From: an uncultured Clostridia bacterium
GTDB taxonomy: Bacteria; Bacillota; Clostridia; Christensenellales; UBA1242
Length of the DNA: 64,000 nucleotides
NCBI GenBank assembly: GCA_944377145.1
Contig: CALWEH010000003.1
Span: forward strand, 55,655-119,654
Direction: 5' to 3'
Part shown: in pieces, positions 27,357 to 36,499 of the stretch
Layout of the letters: the number at the start of each line of letters is the position of its first letter
Numbering within the stretch: the first letter of the stretch is position 1
Program-made: the position numbers and the translations under genes
The notes under the pieces: model-generated
What the model was told of the DNA's origin: nothing
The model's database searches: none
What the model saw: the letters and a program-made list of their open reading frames with translations, nothing else

Positions 27357-28220
27357 TTACATTAAAATTTTATCTACAAACTCTTCTACATTAAATTTTG
27401 ATAAATCGTTAACAGTTTCTCCAAAGCCTGTAAACACTATTGGAACATTCAATTCTTTCACTATTGGATAAGCCACTCCACCTTTAGCTGTTCCATCTAA
27501 CTTTGTTAAAATTATACCATCAATATTTACGCTCTCTTTAAAAGCTTGAACTTGTGCTAATGAATTTTGCCCGATGCTAGCATCTAGCACTATGAGATTT
27601 ATGTGCATTGCTTCTGGATATTCTCTTTTAGATATATTATTAATTTTCTCCAATTCTTTCATAAGATTTGATTTGGTATGCAATCTTCCAGCTGTATCTA
27701 CAATTAATACATCTATTTTTTTTGCTTTCATAGAGGTTATTCCATCAAACACAACACTTGCTGAATCTGCCCCCTCTCCCTGCTTTACTATTTTTACTTT
27801 AAGACGATTTGCCCACTGATCTAATTGTTCTGTGGCGGCTGCTCTAAAGGTATCTCCAGCTACTAACATTACACTCTTTTTTTGTTTATTAAAATAATTA
27901 GCCATTTTTGCTATAGAAGTAGTTTTTCCAACTCCATTTACTCCTACAACTGTAATAATTAATGGATAATTAAATTTAACTTCTTCAAACTTTAATTTGT
28001 CTATTAAAATTTCTCTTAATACTTTTTGAGCTCCATTCACATCTTTAATCATTCTTGACTTTAATTCTTGCTTAAACTGCTCAATAATTTCCTCGCTTGT
28101 GTTTACTCCCATGTCTGAACTTATTAGAGTTTGCTCCAATTCATCATAAAAGTTGTCATCTAATTCATTTTTGGTAAAAAAATATTTTATTCTCTTAAAA
28201 AAATTTCCAAATATACCCAT
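27357..28220 (-). CDS. ftsY: signal recognition particle receptor FtsY
   Basis: 287 aa short Firmicute form: GVNGVGKTT, DTAGR, TKLDGTAKGG. Confidence 0.95.
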   Translation of the reverse strand: MGIFGNFFKRIKYFFTKNELDDNFYDELEQTLISSDMGVNTSEEIIEQFKQELKSRMIKDVNGAQKVLREILIDKLKFEEVKFNYPLIITVVGVNGVGKTTSIAKMANYFNKQKKSVMLVAGDTFRAAATEQLDQWANRLKVKIVKQGEGADSASVVFDGITSMKAKKIDVLIVDTAGRLHTKSNLMKELEKINNISKREYPEAMHINLIVLDASIGQNSLAQVQAFKESVNIDGIILTKLDGTAKGGVAYPIVKELNVPIVFTGFGETVNDLSKFNVEEFVDKILM

Positions 28221-28231
28221 TATAGCCCCTT

Positions 28232-29077
28232 TTAATCTTCTTCTTTAATATCTTTCTCATGTACTATTTCATTTAATTCTTCGTCTTGTTGAGATTCTAA
28301 CCTTGCCTTTAATTTGTCTTTCCAGCTAATTTTCTGCTTATTTTCATTAACATTTTCTTGAGTAGTGTCAATATTTTCAGTTTGGCTTTCTGTAACTATT
28401 TGCTGTTCTGTTTCATTTTGCTCATCTTTAGCTGTTTCATTATTTTCAGCTTTATTTACATTTTGTTGTTCATTATTTTCAGCTTTATTTTCTTCATCTT
28501 CTTCTGGTATGCTAAACTCTCTATACAAGCTATCTCCTTCGCTGTGAATTACTCGTATGCGGTCTAGAACTTCTTTATGATTAGGCAAATCATCTAAACT
28601 AGACAATTCAAATCGTTTTAAAAATTCATCTGTAGTTCCAAACAATAAAGGTTTTCCTACAGCATCTTTTCTACCAACCACTTCTATAAGGTTATTATTT
28701 TGTAATAATTGAACTGCATAATCACAATTTACTCCCCTAATTTGTTCAATTTCACTTCTGGTTATAGGCTGTTTGTATGCCACTATTGCTACTGTTTCCA
28801 AAGCAGCTTTTGTTAGGCTTCTTTCTCTAATAGGGTTTAAAATTTCAGCAATATTATCAGCATATATTGGATTTGAACATAATTGAAGTTTGTTTTTATA
28901 TGAAATTATATTAATTCCACTGCTTTCATTATATTTATCTTTTAAAATGTCTATACATTTATTTAACTCTTTATCTGACAAATCATATATACGCTTAAAC
29001 TCATCTTTATCTACCCCATCGCCTGATACAAACAAGACAGCTTCTATTATCTTTGCAATGTCTACAATTTTCATCAA
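28232..29077 (-). CDS. scpB: segregation and condensation protein B, with a ~100-aa acidic C-terminal extension
   Basis: The N-terminal ~180 aa are ScpB-like (IEA.LF.SG..., ETLAIVAYKQPITR.EIE.IRGV). The tail is E/N/Q-rich and includes an 11-aa duplication (NKAENNE...). Confidence 0.88.
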   Translation of the reverse strand: MMKIVDIAKIIEAVLFVSGDGVDKDEFKRIYDLSDKELNKCIDILKDKYNESSGINIISYKNKLQLCSNPIYADNIAEILNPIRERSLTKAALETVAIVAYKQPITRSEIEQIRGVNCDYAVQLLQNNNLIEVVGRKDAVGKPLLFGTTDEFLKRFELSSLDDLPNHKEVLDRIRVIHSEGDSLYREFSIPEEDEENKAENNEQQNVNKAENNETAKDEQNETEQQIVTESQTENIDTTQENVNENKQKISWKDKLKARLESQQDEELNEIVHEKDIKEED

Positions 29078-29089
29078 AAACTCTCCTTA

Positions 29090-29854
29090 TTATTCTTCAT
29101 AAATCTTTTCTTTTGCTTTTATAATAATATCGCCATATTTTTCAGTTTGAACTACTTCAGCATATTGAAACTTTAATAATTCTAAAATAGCCATAAATAC
29201 TGTAATTACCTCTAATCTTGAATAATTTTCATCAAACAAACTAAAAAAATTTATTTCTTTATTTTCTTTTAATACCCCTTTTAAAAAGGCTAATTTTTCC
29301 GCCACAGTCCATCTATCTCTATTTATTTTTTTAGATGCTTCTGGATTTTCTTTATCTTCTACACGCATCAAAATCATTGCAAAAGCATCTAACATTTTAT
29401 CCAAATTAAACTGATTAAACACAATTCTTGGATCTCCAACTGACTTGTCTGGAGATTTATAAAATCTATCTATATTTTCAATGTTATGCAAACCTTCACT
29501 AGCCTCTTTAAATAATTGATATTCTTGTAGTTGCATTTTAAGCTCTAATTCAGGGTCAATAACTTCTTCCTCTTCATCTACAGTTTCTACAGGTAGCATT
29601 TTAAAAGATTTAATTTCCATTAATCTTGTAGCCATTACTAAAAATTCTGTAGCCAATTCCATATCGTTTTCTTTAAAATTTTGAATGTATGAAAGATACT
29701 GATCAGTAATTTCTGATAACTGAACTTCCATAATATCCATCTTTTTTTCTTTAATTAAGTGAAGCAGTAAATCAAGCGGGCCTTCAAAATCTTGCAATTT
29801 ATATTTTATGCTATTATCACTTGATTCCAACACTTCTTCTTTTTCTTCTGCCAT
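29090..29854 (-). CDS. scpA: segregation and condensation protein A
   Basis: F.GPLDLLLHLI.K...DI....L..IT.QY. Start placed at ATG 29854 after GAGGGGGAT. Confidence 0.88.
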   Translation of the reverse strand: MAEEKEEVLESSDNSIKYKLQDFEGPLDLLLHLIKEKKMDIMEVQLSEITDQYLSYIQNFKENDMELATEFLVMATRLMEIKSFKMLPVETVDEEEEVIDPELELKMQLQEYQLFKEASEGLHNIENIDRFYKSPDKSVGDPRIVFNQFNLDKMLDAFAMILMRVEDKENPEASKKINRDRWTVAEKLAFLKGVLKENKEINFFSLFDENYSRLEVITVFMAILELLKFQYAEVVQTEKYGDIIIKAKEKIYEE

Positions 29855-29862
29855 ATCCCCCT

Positions 29863-30546
29863 CTAAAACATTAATTGCCACAACTTACATAATGGATCTG
29901 TAATCCAACTTGCCAATGTAGTTAATAAATATCCTATAATTGATATATTAAAGAATAAATCTATAAATAAATCTACTAATAATATCGCTATAAATATTTG
30001 AGTTCCGTAACGAATATTTCCTTGAACAAATTTATTATTTCCTTTCATAAATGAACTAATAAAATTAAAGCCATCTAACGGATATATTGGGATTAAATTA
30101 AATATCATAAGGCAAGCATTTGCCCACATTAACCAAAACATAGATATTACTAATATGTCTGCACTATCACCCAATAAATTTAACGTTAAAATATATAAAA
30201 AACTTCCAACTATACATAATATAAAGTTTGCCACTACTCCAGCAATAGACACTTTAGCTATTCCAGAACGAAATTTTTTAAAATTATTTGGATTTACAGG
30301 AACAGGTTTAGCCCAACCTACACCTATAAATAGGAATATTATAAATCCAACTGCATCAATATGAGCTAGTGGATTTAAAGTTAATCTTCCAGCCATTTTA
30401 GGAGTAACATCTCCCTGCTTGTATGCCACAAAAGCATGTGCAAGTTCATGAAAAGCAAGAGATATAGCAAAAACGACTGCTAACAACAATAATAGTAAAA
30501 TAGTTTTAGGAATGGAAAACCCATAATTAAAAACAGTAAAAACCAT
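29863..30546 (-). CDS. M50 family (site-2 protease-like) zinc metalloprotease
   Basis: 227 aa polytopic protein with HELAHA (the HExxH motif) in a TM helix and NLIPIYPLDG later. Confidence 0.8.
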   Translation of the reverse strand: MVFTVFNYGFSIPKTILLLLLLAVVFAISLAFHELAHAFVAYKQGDVTPKMAGRLTLNPLAHIDAVGFIIFLFIGVGWAKPVPVNPNNFKKFRSGIAKVSIAGVVANFILCIVGSFLYILTLNLLGDSADILVISMFWLMWANACLMIFNLIPIYPLDGFNFISSFMKGNNKFVQGNIRYGTQIFIAILLVDLFIDLFFNISIIGYLLTTLASWITDPLCKLWQLMF

Positions 30547-30758
30547 ATATATTTTTTCCTTCTATCCTTTTATTAATATATCATATAAGCTTAAATTAAG
30601 CAACTAAATATTAATATTTTCTATATATGATATAATACTCTAATAATCTTATTTTTAGCTTAAAAATTACAAATTTAACATATTCTTAATATTTTACTAT
30701 TAATAATTATTGTAAATCCAATAAAAAATTCTCTTAATTATAAAAAAATATATTTAAT

Positions 30759-30912
30759 TGTCGAAATCAACATATTTTAATATATTTTTTGCAAGATTTT
30801 GTAAAAATCAACAAATTTAGGCCTATTTTTTTGTAATATTATGTCGAGATTTACAAATTTAAACCTATTTTTTTTGTAATATTATGTCGAGATTTACAAA
30901 TTTTAATAAAAA
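30759..30912. repeat. tandem 41-43 bp direct repeats (4 units; the last two share an identical 28-nt core), each starting with a TGTCGAA-like heptamer
   Basis: Units start at 30759 (TGTCGAAATCAACATATTTTA), 30800 (TGTAAAAATCAACAAATTTA), 30842 and 30885 (both TGTCGAGATTTACAAATTT). GTAATATTATGTCGAGATTTACAAATTT occurs twice exactly, at 30833 and 30876. Confidence 0.85.
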
Positions 30913-30935
30913 AGGTGGCTTTAACTTGCCACCTT
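30903..30935 (-). terminator. rho-independent terminator after relA
   Basis: Minus strand: AAGGTGGC-AAGTTAAA-GCCACCTT followed by TTTTATT, starting 5 nt after the stop. Confidence 0.85.
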
Positions 30936-30939
30936 ATAT

Positions 30940-32988
30940 TTACACTCTTTCTACAGAGCTAATATTATCAATTTGTTTTATCCTGCTAACCACTTTATCT
31001 AATTCGTCATGAGATTTTAATGTTAAGGTAATAGTATATTGATTTGGAGAAGATGGATTTACTTCAAATAATTTAATCACAACTCCCATTTTGCTCATTA
31101 AATTAGTAATTTTAGCAATAGCAGAACTATCTCCCTTTACATTAATTTTAGCTAAATATAATAATGATTGATTATCGTCCCAACTAACAGGAATAAATCT
31201 ATTTTTATCTAAGGTTTTAACATTAATACAGTCTTTTCTATGAATAGTGACTCCCTTACCAATTGATACAAATCCAACAATTTCATCTCCCATAATAGGC
31301 AAACAACATTTAGCAAATCTTGTCATCATACCTCTATTGTTATCAACTAAAACATTCCCTTTTACTTTATTTGTCTTTACAGTAGATGTTTTTGGAATTT
31401 GATTAAGAGATGGCATCAATTTTTTCACAATTCCATCAGCACTCAATGTTCCGCTACCAATCATTGCATACATTTCATCAACATTTGATAAAGAATATTT
31501 ATTTAAAATAGAATTAAGTTTATCGCTTGATAACAAACTAGTTACACTTACTTGATTATTTTTTGCACTAGTTTCAAACATTGATTTTCCAAATTTAATA
31601 TTATCTTCTACAAATTGCTTTTTAAAATAATTGTTTATTTTTGTTCTTGCTGAACTAGTTTTAACTATTTTAAGCCAATCTCGTGAAGGTCCTTTATTTT
31701 CTGGTCCAAGCAAAATCTCACATATATCGCCATTCTTAAGTTCAGTTGTTAAAGGAACAAATTTCCCATTTAATTTAGCTCCAACGCATCTATTACCAAT
31801 ATCTGTGTGAACAGCATAGGCAAAATCTATGCAATTAGACCCTATTGGGAATTTAATTATTTTACCATTTGGAGTTTGAGCGTAAACTTCGCTATTAAAC
31901 ATATCCATTTTAATAGCTTCAGTAAATTCTTTGCTAGACAAGTCTTTATTTTCATCAATTATTTCTTTTAGCCAATTAATAGACTTATCAAAATTAGTGG
32001 CTTTATGACCTTTATCCTTATATATCCAATGAGCTGCAACACCATATTCGTTAAAATGATGCATAGCTTGAGTACGTATTTGCACCTCTACAGGCCTATT
32101 ATTTTCAGCTAAAATACATGTATGTATTGATTGATAGCCATTAGGTTTTGGTGTAGCTATATAATCTTTAAATCTTCCTGGCAATATTGTAAATATAGAA
32201 TTAATTTTCCCCAATACTGCATAACATTCTTCTACTGTATCAACTATTACACGCACAGCCATCAAATCATATATTTGACCTAAAGATACTTGTTTGGATT
32301 TTATCTTATTATACACACTAGCAAGATGCTTTTCTCTACCATATACTTTCCCCTCTATATTCATCTCTTTAAGCGCTGAATTAATTTTTTGCACAACTAC
32401 ATCTACTTGATGTTGACGCTCTTCTTTATTTAATCGTTCGTCAACAGATAATTGTTTATATACATCAGGTTCCAAAAATTTAAAACAAGCATCTTCCATT
32501 TTGTTTTTAATTTCTTTTAAACTCAATCTTGCAGATAAAGGAGCATATATTTCATTTACAGATTTTACAAAAACTTTTTGTTCCTCTTCATTCATCAACT
32601 CTAAATGCTCGATTTTATATAAATTGTATGATAACAATATAATTAATACTCTCACATCTTGCGACATAACTATTAACATATTTCTAATATTTTCAAGTTC
32701 AGCACTATTTGATGGAGAATGTTGAAAGCCTACAGAATTTAAATTTTTTAGCATATTACTAACTTCTTCTCCAAATTCTTCAGTTATAGCTGAATAATCT
32801 ACATCTTGTTTTTCAATTATCACAAATAAAGCTGTTGACATAAAACTGACATCATCTAAATTATATGATTTAAGTATATCATATATATAAAATATAAGGT
32901 CGCAGCTTTGCTCATCAGTGTTATTTATATATTTTTGTAAAGAATTTGCCGACTTTTCATTTTTAATATAAAAATTCACGTCTTTCAT
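30940..32988 (-). CDS. relA: long RelA/SpoT-homologue (p)ppGpp synthetase with a degenerate hydrolase domain
   Basis: 682 aa. The synthetase motifs are intact (GREKH..S.Y.K, DL.AVRVIV, FKDYIATPKPNGYQSIHT, VEVQIRT..MH...EYGVAAHW.YK) and TGS and ACT-like C-terminal domains are present. The HD-domain catalytic motifs are substituted (see findings). Confidence 0.9.
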   Translation of the reverse strand: MKDVNFYIKNEKSANSLQKYINNTDEQSCDLIFYIYDILKSYNLDDVSFMSTALFVIIEKQDVDYSAITEEFGEEVSNMLKNLNSVGFQHSPSNSAELENIRNMLIVMSQDVRVLIILLSYNLYKIEHLELMNEEEQKVFVKSVNEIYAPLSARLSLKEIKNKMEDACFKFLEPDVYKQLSVDERLNKEERQHQVDVVVQKINSALKEMNIEGKVYGREKHLASVYNKIKSKQVSLGQIYDLMAVRVIVDTVEECYAVLGKINSIFTILPGRFKDYIATPKPNGYQSIHTCILAENNRPVEVQIRTQAMHHFNEYGVAAHWIYKDKGHKATNFDKSINWLKEIIDENKDLSSKEFTEAIKMDMFNSEVYAQTPNGKIIKFPIGSNCIDFAYAVHTDIGNRCVGAKLNGKFVPLTTELKNGDICEILLGPENKGPSRDWLKIVKTSSARTKINNYFKKQFVEDNIKFGKSMFETSAKNNQVSVTSLLSSDKLNSILNKYSLSNVDEMYAMIGSGTLSADGIVKKLMPSLNQIPKTSTVKTNKVKGNVLVDNNRGMMTRFAKCCLPIMGDEIVGFVSIGKGVTIHRKDCINVKTLDKNRFIPVSWDDNQSLLYLAKINVKGDSSAIAKITNLMSKMGVVIKLFEVNPSSPNQYTITLTLKSHDELDKVVSRIKQIDNISSVERV

Positions 32989-32996
32989 TTCTTCTC

Positions 32997-35381
32997 CTAT
33001 TTTACTAATTTTATTAAATTTAATTTATTATAAAAAGCACTTGCATTTAACATCTTTTTATCTGTATATATTTTTGTTATTCTACAATCATTTTGAGTTT
33101 CTATAATGTTTAGTTCCTTAAAAGTTGTAAGGCAAACCATAAATTGCAAATATGACATATTTTTACGCATGCATGAATTGCAAATTTTAGTAAAAAATTG
33201 ATATGAAGAATTAGCATTAATATTATTATCATAAGCAAATTTACATAATTTAAAATATTCAGCAAACACATTTCTATTTACACTAAGATTTTTAAATATA
33301 GAATAGCTAAAATGCATTTTATGAGGAAGATAAATAATAGCTTTTGTAGTTTTATTTAAAGCTGAAATATATCCTGCATGTAAAATTGGATCTATAAATA
33401 TAATTCGTTTAAATGAATTAAAATGATTGAAATTTTTAGGAGCTAATAATATAGTATTTATTCCAGACTCATCTTCTACCTCAAACAAACGATTTCTATA
33501 TATATTTAAATTATCATATACGCTTTTAAAATTTAAGTATGAATTATAGTCGCTTGCTATAATAAGTGTTCCATATACACTTTTATCCATATCTAGTAAA
33601 ATCCTTATTAAATTTTCACGAGTATAATTTACAAAGTTGTATTGCTCATCATCATTATATGCTAATTGTTTAATATAGTTGAAAGATATAATATCCATAT
33701 CTTTTGGGCGATATATATCTTCATAGTCAATACTTTTAACAATCCCTGTTATTTTAGTAGTATTTCTAAATGTTTCAATATTTAAATCTGTTAAAATATC
33801 ACATTTTGTGTCACTAGACAATATATATTCCATACTTGCCATATTAAAAGCTAATAAAGATAAATTTCCATATTTTATTGTTAAATGTTCAGGGTGCAAC
33901 TTCATAGGTGTAACATCAGCATTGCTAATAGACAATTTAAATATTGGTCTATTATTTTCATGCCCACATGGTTCCATTCTATCAACACTTTCAATTAAAG
34001 ACACGCTAACTTCTTGGGCAGAAATTTCTAAATCATAACTTTTAGTAGGCAAAAACTCTTCTTTGATTAAATTTTTATCTACATATTCATTAAATTTTTT
34101 GCAAAACTCATCATAATATTCTATTTTTAAAGTCAAACCCGCCGCCATAGTATGTCCGCCAAATTTCTCTAAAATGTCGCTCATACTACACATAAGGCTA
34201 TGAACATTTACTCCATTTACACTTCTGCACGATCCTGTTAAAATTCCATTATTATCACTAAACAAACATGTAGGCCTATTATATTCATCACTAATTTTTG
34301 CACAAACTATTCCTAATAGCCCTGCTTCCCATTCACTAGATTTGTAAATAATAGCTTTCATAGAATAAATATCATTTTTATTTAAATATTCTTTAACATC
34401 ATTATATATTTTATTACATAATTGCTGTCTTTTAGTATTATATTCTAATATTGTTTTGCATATTTTATTTATTTCATTTGGTCTAGTTTCAAGGTATAAT
34501 TTTAAGGACAATTCAGCATCACCCATTCTTCCTGAAGCATTAATTTTAGGGGCTAATTTAAAAGCTATCTCATTAGCTTTAGGTTTTCTATCCACACCAC
34601 ATTCATGCAATAATTTAATCAAACCTTTTGGCAAAGTGTTTATGTTATTTAAACCAACTGTAACAATTGCCCTATTCTCACCTATAAGCTCAACAATGTC
34701 TGATATAGTTGCAATAGCAGTAGTAGCAAGATATGGCATAATAGAGTCATTTCCGCCTAAAGCTTGCACAAGTTTTAATGCAACTCCAGCACCACACAAA
34801 CATTTAAATGGATATGAATTGCTTATTTTAGGATTTATTATTAAACAGTCTGGCAAAGACCCATCACTTTCATGATGATCTGTTATTATAATATCAATAT
34901 TTTTACTTTTAACATATTCTACTTCATTTTTAGCAGTTATCCCACAGTCAACAGTTATAATTAAATCTGGAATATCTTTCTCTAAAACTTTATCCAATGT
35001 CTCAATATTTAATCCATAGCCATCAATATATCTATTTGGCAAAAAATATGAAACATTAACTCCTCTTTTTTTTAAATAATCATATAAAGTTGCAGTAGCA
35101 GTTATACCGTCTACATCATAATCTCCATATATCAATATTTTGCTATTTGAAGCAATATGCTTGTTAATTTTTTCTACAACTAATGCCATATTTTCAAATA
35201 AAAATGGAGAATGTAATTGTGAAATATTTGGATTTAGATATTCTTTTAAAGCTTTTTCTGTATTTATTTTTCTTGCAAATAGCAATCTTACAACATGCTC
35301 ATCTATCAAATATTTTTTTGCCATTTGCGTTACAAACTGTTCATCGATTTCTATTCCAGAACAAGAATTAATATATTTCAT
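32997..35381 (-). CDS. recJ: single-stranded-DNA-specific exonuclease RecJ
   Basis: DHH motifs are present (GDYDVDGITA, DCG, ITDHH) with a DHHA1 domain (GGH..AAG). Start at ATG 35381 after AAGGTGG; the track ORF is 7 codons longer and would run into the secF terminator. Confidence 0.92.
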   Translation of the reverse strand: MKYINSCSGIEIDEQFVTQMAKKYLIDEHVVRLLFARKINTEKALKEYLNPNISQLHSPFLFENMALVVEKINKHIASNSKILIYGDYDVDGITATATLYDYLKKRGVNVSYFLPNRYIDGYGLNIETLDKVLEKDIPDLIITVDCGITAKNEVEYVKSKNIDIIITDHHESDGSLPDCLIINPKISNSYPFKCLCGAGVALKLVQALGGNDSIMPYLATTAIATISDIVELIGENRAIVTVGLNNINTLPKGLIKLLHECGVDRKPKANEIAFKLAPKINASGRMGDAELSLKLYLETRPNEINKICKTILEYNTKRQQLCNKIYNDVKEYLNKNDIYSMKAIIYKSSEWEAGLLGIVCAKISDEYNRPTCLFSDNNGILTGSCRSVNGVNVHSLMCSMSDILEKFGGHTMAAGLTLKIEYYDEFCKKFNEYVDKNLIKEEFLPTKSYDLEISAQEVSVSLIESVDRMEPCGHENNRPIFKLSISNADVTPMKLHPEHLTIKYGNLSLLAFNMASMEYILSSDTKCDILTDLNIETFRNTTKITGIVKSIDYEDIYRPKDMDIISFNYIKQLAYNDDEQYNFVNYTRENLIRILLDMDKSVYGTLIIASDYNSYLNFKSVYDNLNIYRNRLFEVEDESGINTILLAPKNFNHFNSFKRIIFIDPILHAGYISALNKTTKAIIYLPHKMHFSYSIFKNLSVNRNVFAEYFKLCKFAYDNNINANSSYQFFTKICNSCMRKNMSYLQFMVCLTTFKELNIIETQNDCRITKIYTDKKMLNASAFYNKLNLIKLVK

Positions 35382-35395
35382 GTAATCCACCTTTT

Positions 35396-35426
35396 CAAAC
35401 AAAAATCGCCTATTACTAGGCGATTT
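35396..35426 (-). terminator. rho-independent terminator after secF
   Basis: Minus strand: AAATCGCC-TAGTAATA-GGCGATTT followed by TTGTTT. Confidence 0.75.
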
Positions 35427-35428
35427 AA

Positions 35429-36499
35429 TTAATCAATAGTTATATTGTCGTCTTGTGATGGAGATTCTTCTAAATCATTATCTTCCTTAACTTCAATTAC
35501 CTGATCTTCCTTATAATTATTATTCAACTCGCCTGTGGCACTATTTTCAATAGCTTTTTTTGTTTTTTTATCTTTCTTTGTTCTTATTTTATCACTTACT
35601 TGTGTAATTGTCAAGCTCCATAAGAAAGGCAAAGCATAAACTGTTACAAACATTGCAACCACTATTGCAAACAATGCTACTAATGAAATTCGTTTAATTG
35701 CACTTGGAGCTATAAATACTAGAATTAAAGCTATAGCAAATATTGCTCCATACATAAACTTTTGCCTAAATCCTTCAGAGGCAAGTGTTTTAGATAATTG
35801 AGTTGAACGATCATTTTTATCTTCCAAAGAATCTCTGGTTCGCTCTAATCCATCAAACAAAATAAATCCTTCACACAATACTAACAAAATAGTTATAATG
35901 TTTATAGCTAAGAATGAACTTGTTACAGTTAATCTAAATATTGCGGTTAAGCTTATTAGAAGTATAACACTTAATAATGAAGACACCAAAGCAGTTATAG
36001 CACAGGCTAAATTATATCTAATTGCTATAAAAATTACAGCTAATGCAATTATAATTAATCCACATGCAATAGTAAATATATAATCTTTAGCTAAAATGCT
36101 AGGACTTACTTTTGAATGAGTAGAAATTTCCTCAACATTTATCTGTAAAACATTAGCTATTTCAGCATTAGTTTTTGCTTCATCTTTAATTTCTCCCATA
36201 TATTTAACTATGAGAATAGATTGCTCTCCCTCTCCTGCCAACTGAACTGAATACAAACTTGCATCATTCGAGCTTAAAGCTAATGAGATATCTTTTTCAT
36301 AATTAGACATATCAACTTTATCTACTGAACTTAAATTAATAGAAAAAGTTCTATAGCCTTTAACATCAGCACCTGCATTAAACCCTAAAGTGCAAATCAT
36401 AATAATAGCCATCACAACCACTACAGCTAATGCTATTAGTACAAATTTATTTTGTTTAATATATTGTTTACCTGAACTTGAAAAATCTCTATTAATCAT
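35429..36499 (-). CDS. secF: protein translocase subunit SecF
   Basis: Polytopic protein with a SecF-type periplasmic loop and a 6-TM core. Start at ATG 36499 after GGGAGGG, overlapping the secD stop by 8 nt. Confidence 0.88.
   Translation of the reverse strand: MINRDFSSSGKQYIKQNKFVLIALAVVVVMAIIMICTLGFNAGADVKGYRTFSINLSSVDKVDMSNYEKDISLALSSNDASLYSVQLAGEGEQSILIVKYMGEIKDEAKTNAEIANVLQINVEEISTHSKVSPSILAKDYIFTIACGLIIIALAVIFIAIRYNLACAITALVSSLLSVILLISLTAIFRLTVTSSFLAINIITILLVLCEGFILFDGLERTRDSLEDKNDRSTQLSKTLASEGFRQKFMYGAIFAIALILVFIAPSAIKRISLVALFAIVVAMFVTVYALPFLWSLTITQVSDKIRTKKDKKTKKAIENSATGELNNNYKEDQVIEVKEDNDLEESPSQDDNITID

Noticed and set aside
30759-30912. Regularly spaced ~43-bp direct repeats that could be a mini CRISPR array.
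   Set aside because: The units are directly contiguous, so there are no unique spacers. Only two copies share an identical core, the units lack CRISPR-like repeat/spacer alternation, and no cas genes are nearby.
34456-34875. Other antisense or alternative-frame ORFs of 60-139 aa. Examples: 34456-34875 in recJ, 18729-19139 across cdsA/uppS, 13978-14325 in rimP, 5582-5884 in spoIIIAD, 49215-49409 in nifS, 61376-61570 in plsY, and 28358-28567 in scpB.
   Set aside because: All are embedded in well-supported conserved genes. They have no start-site signals and encode Phe/Ile/Leu/Ser-rich sequence typical of the reverse complement or shifted frames of AT-rich coding DNA.
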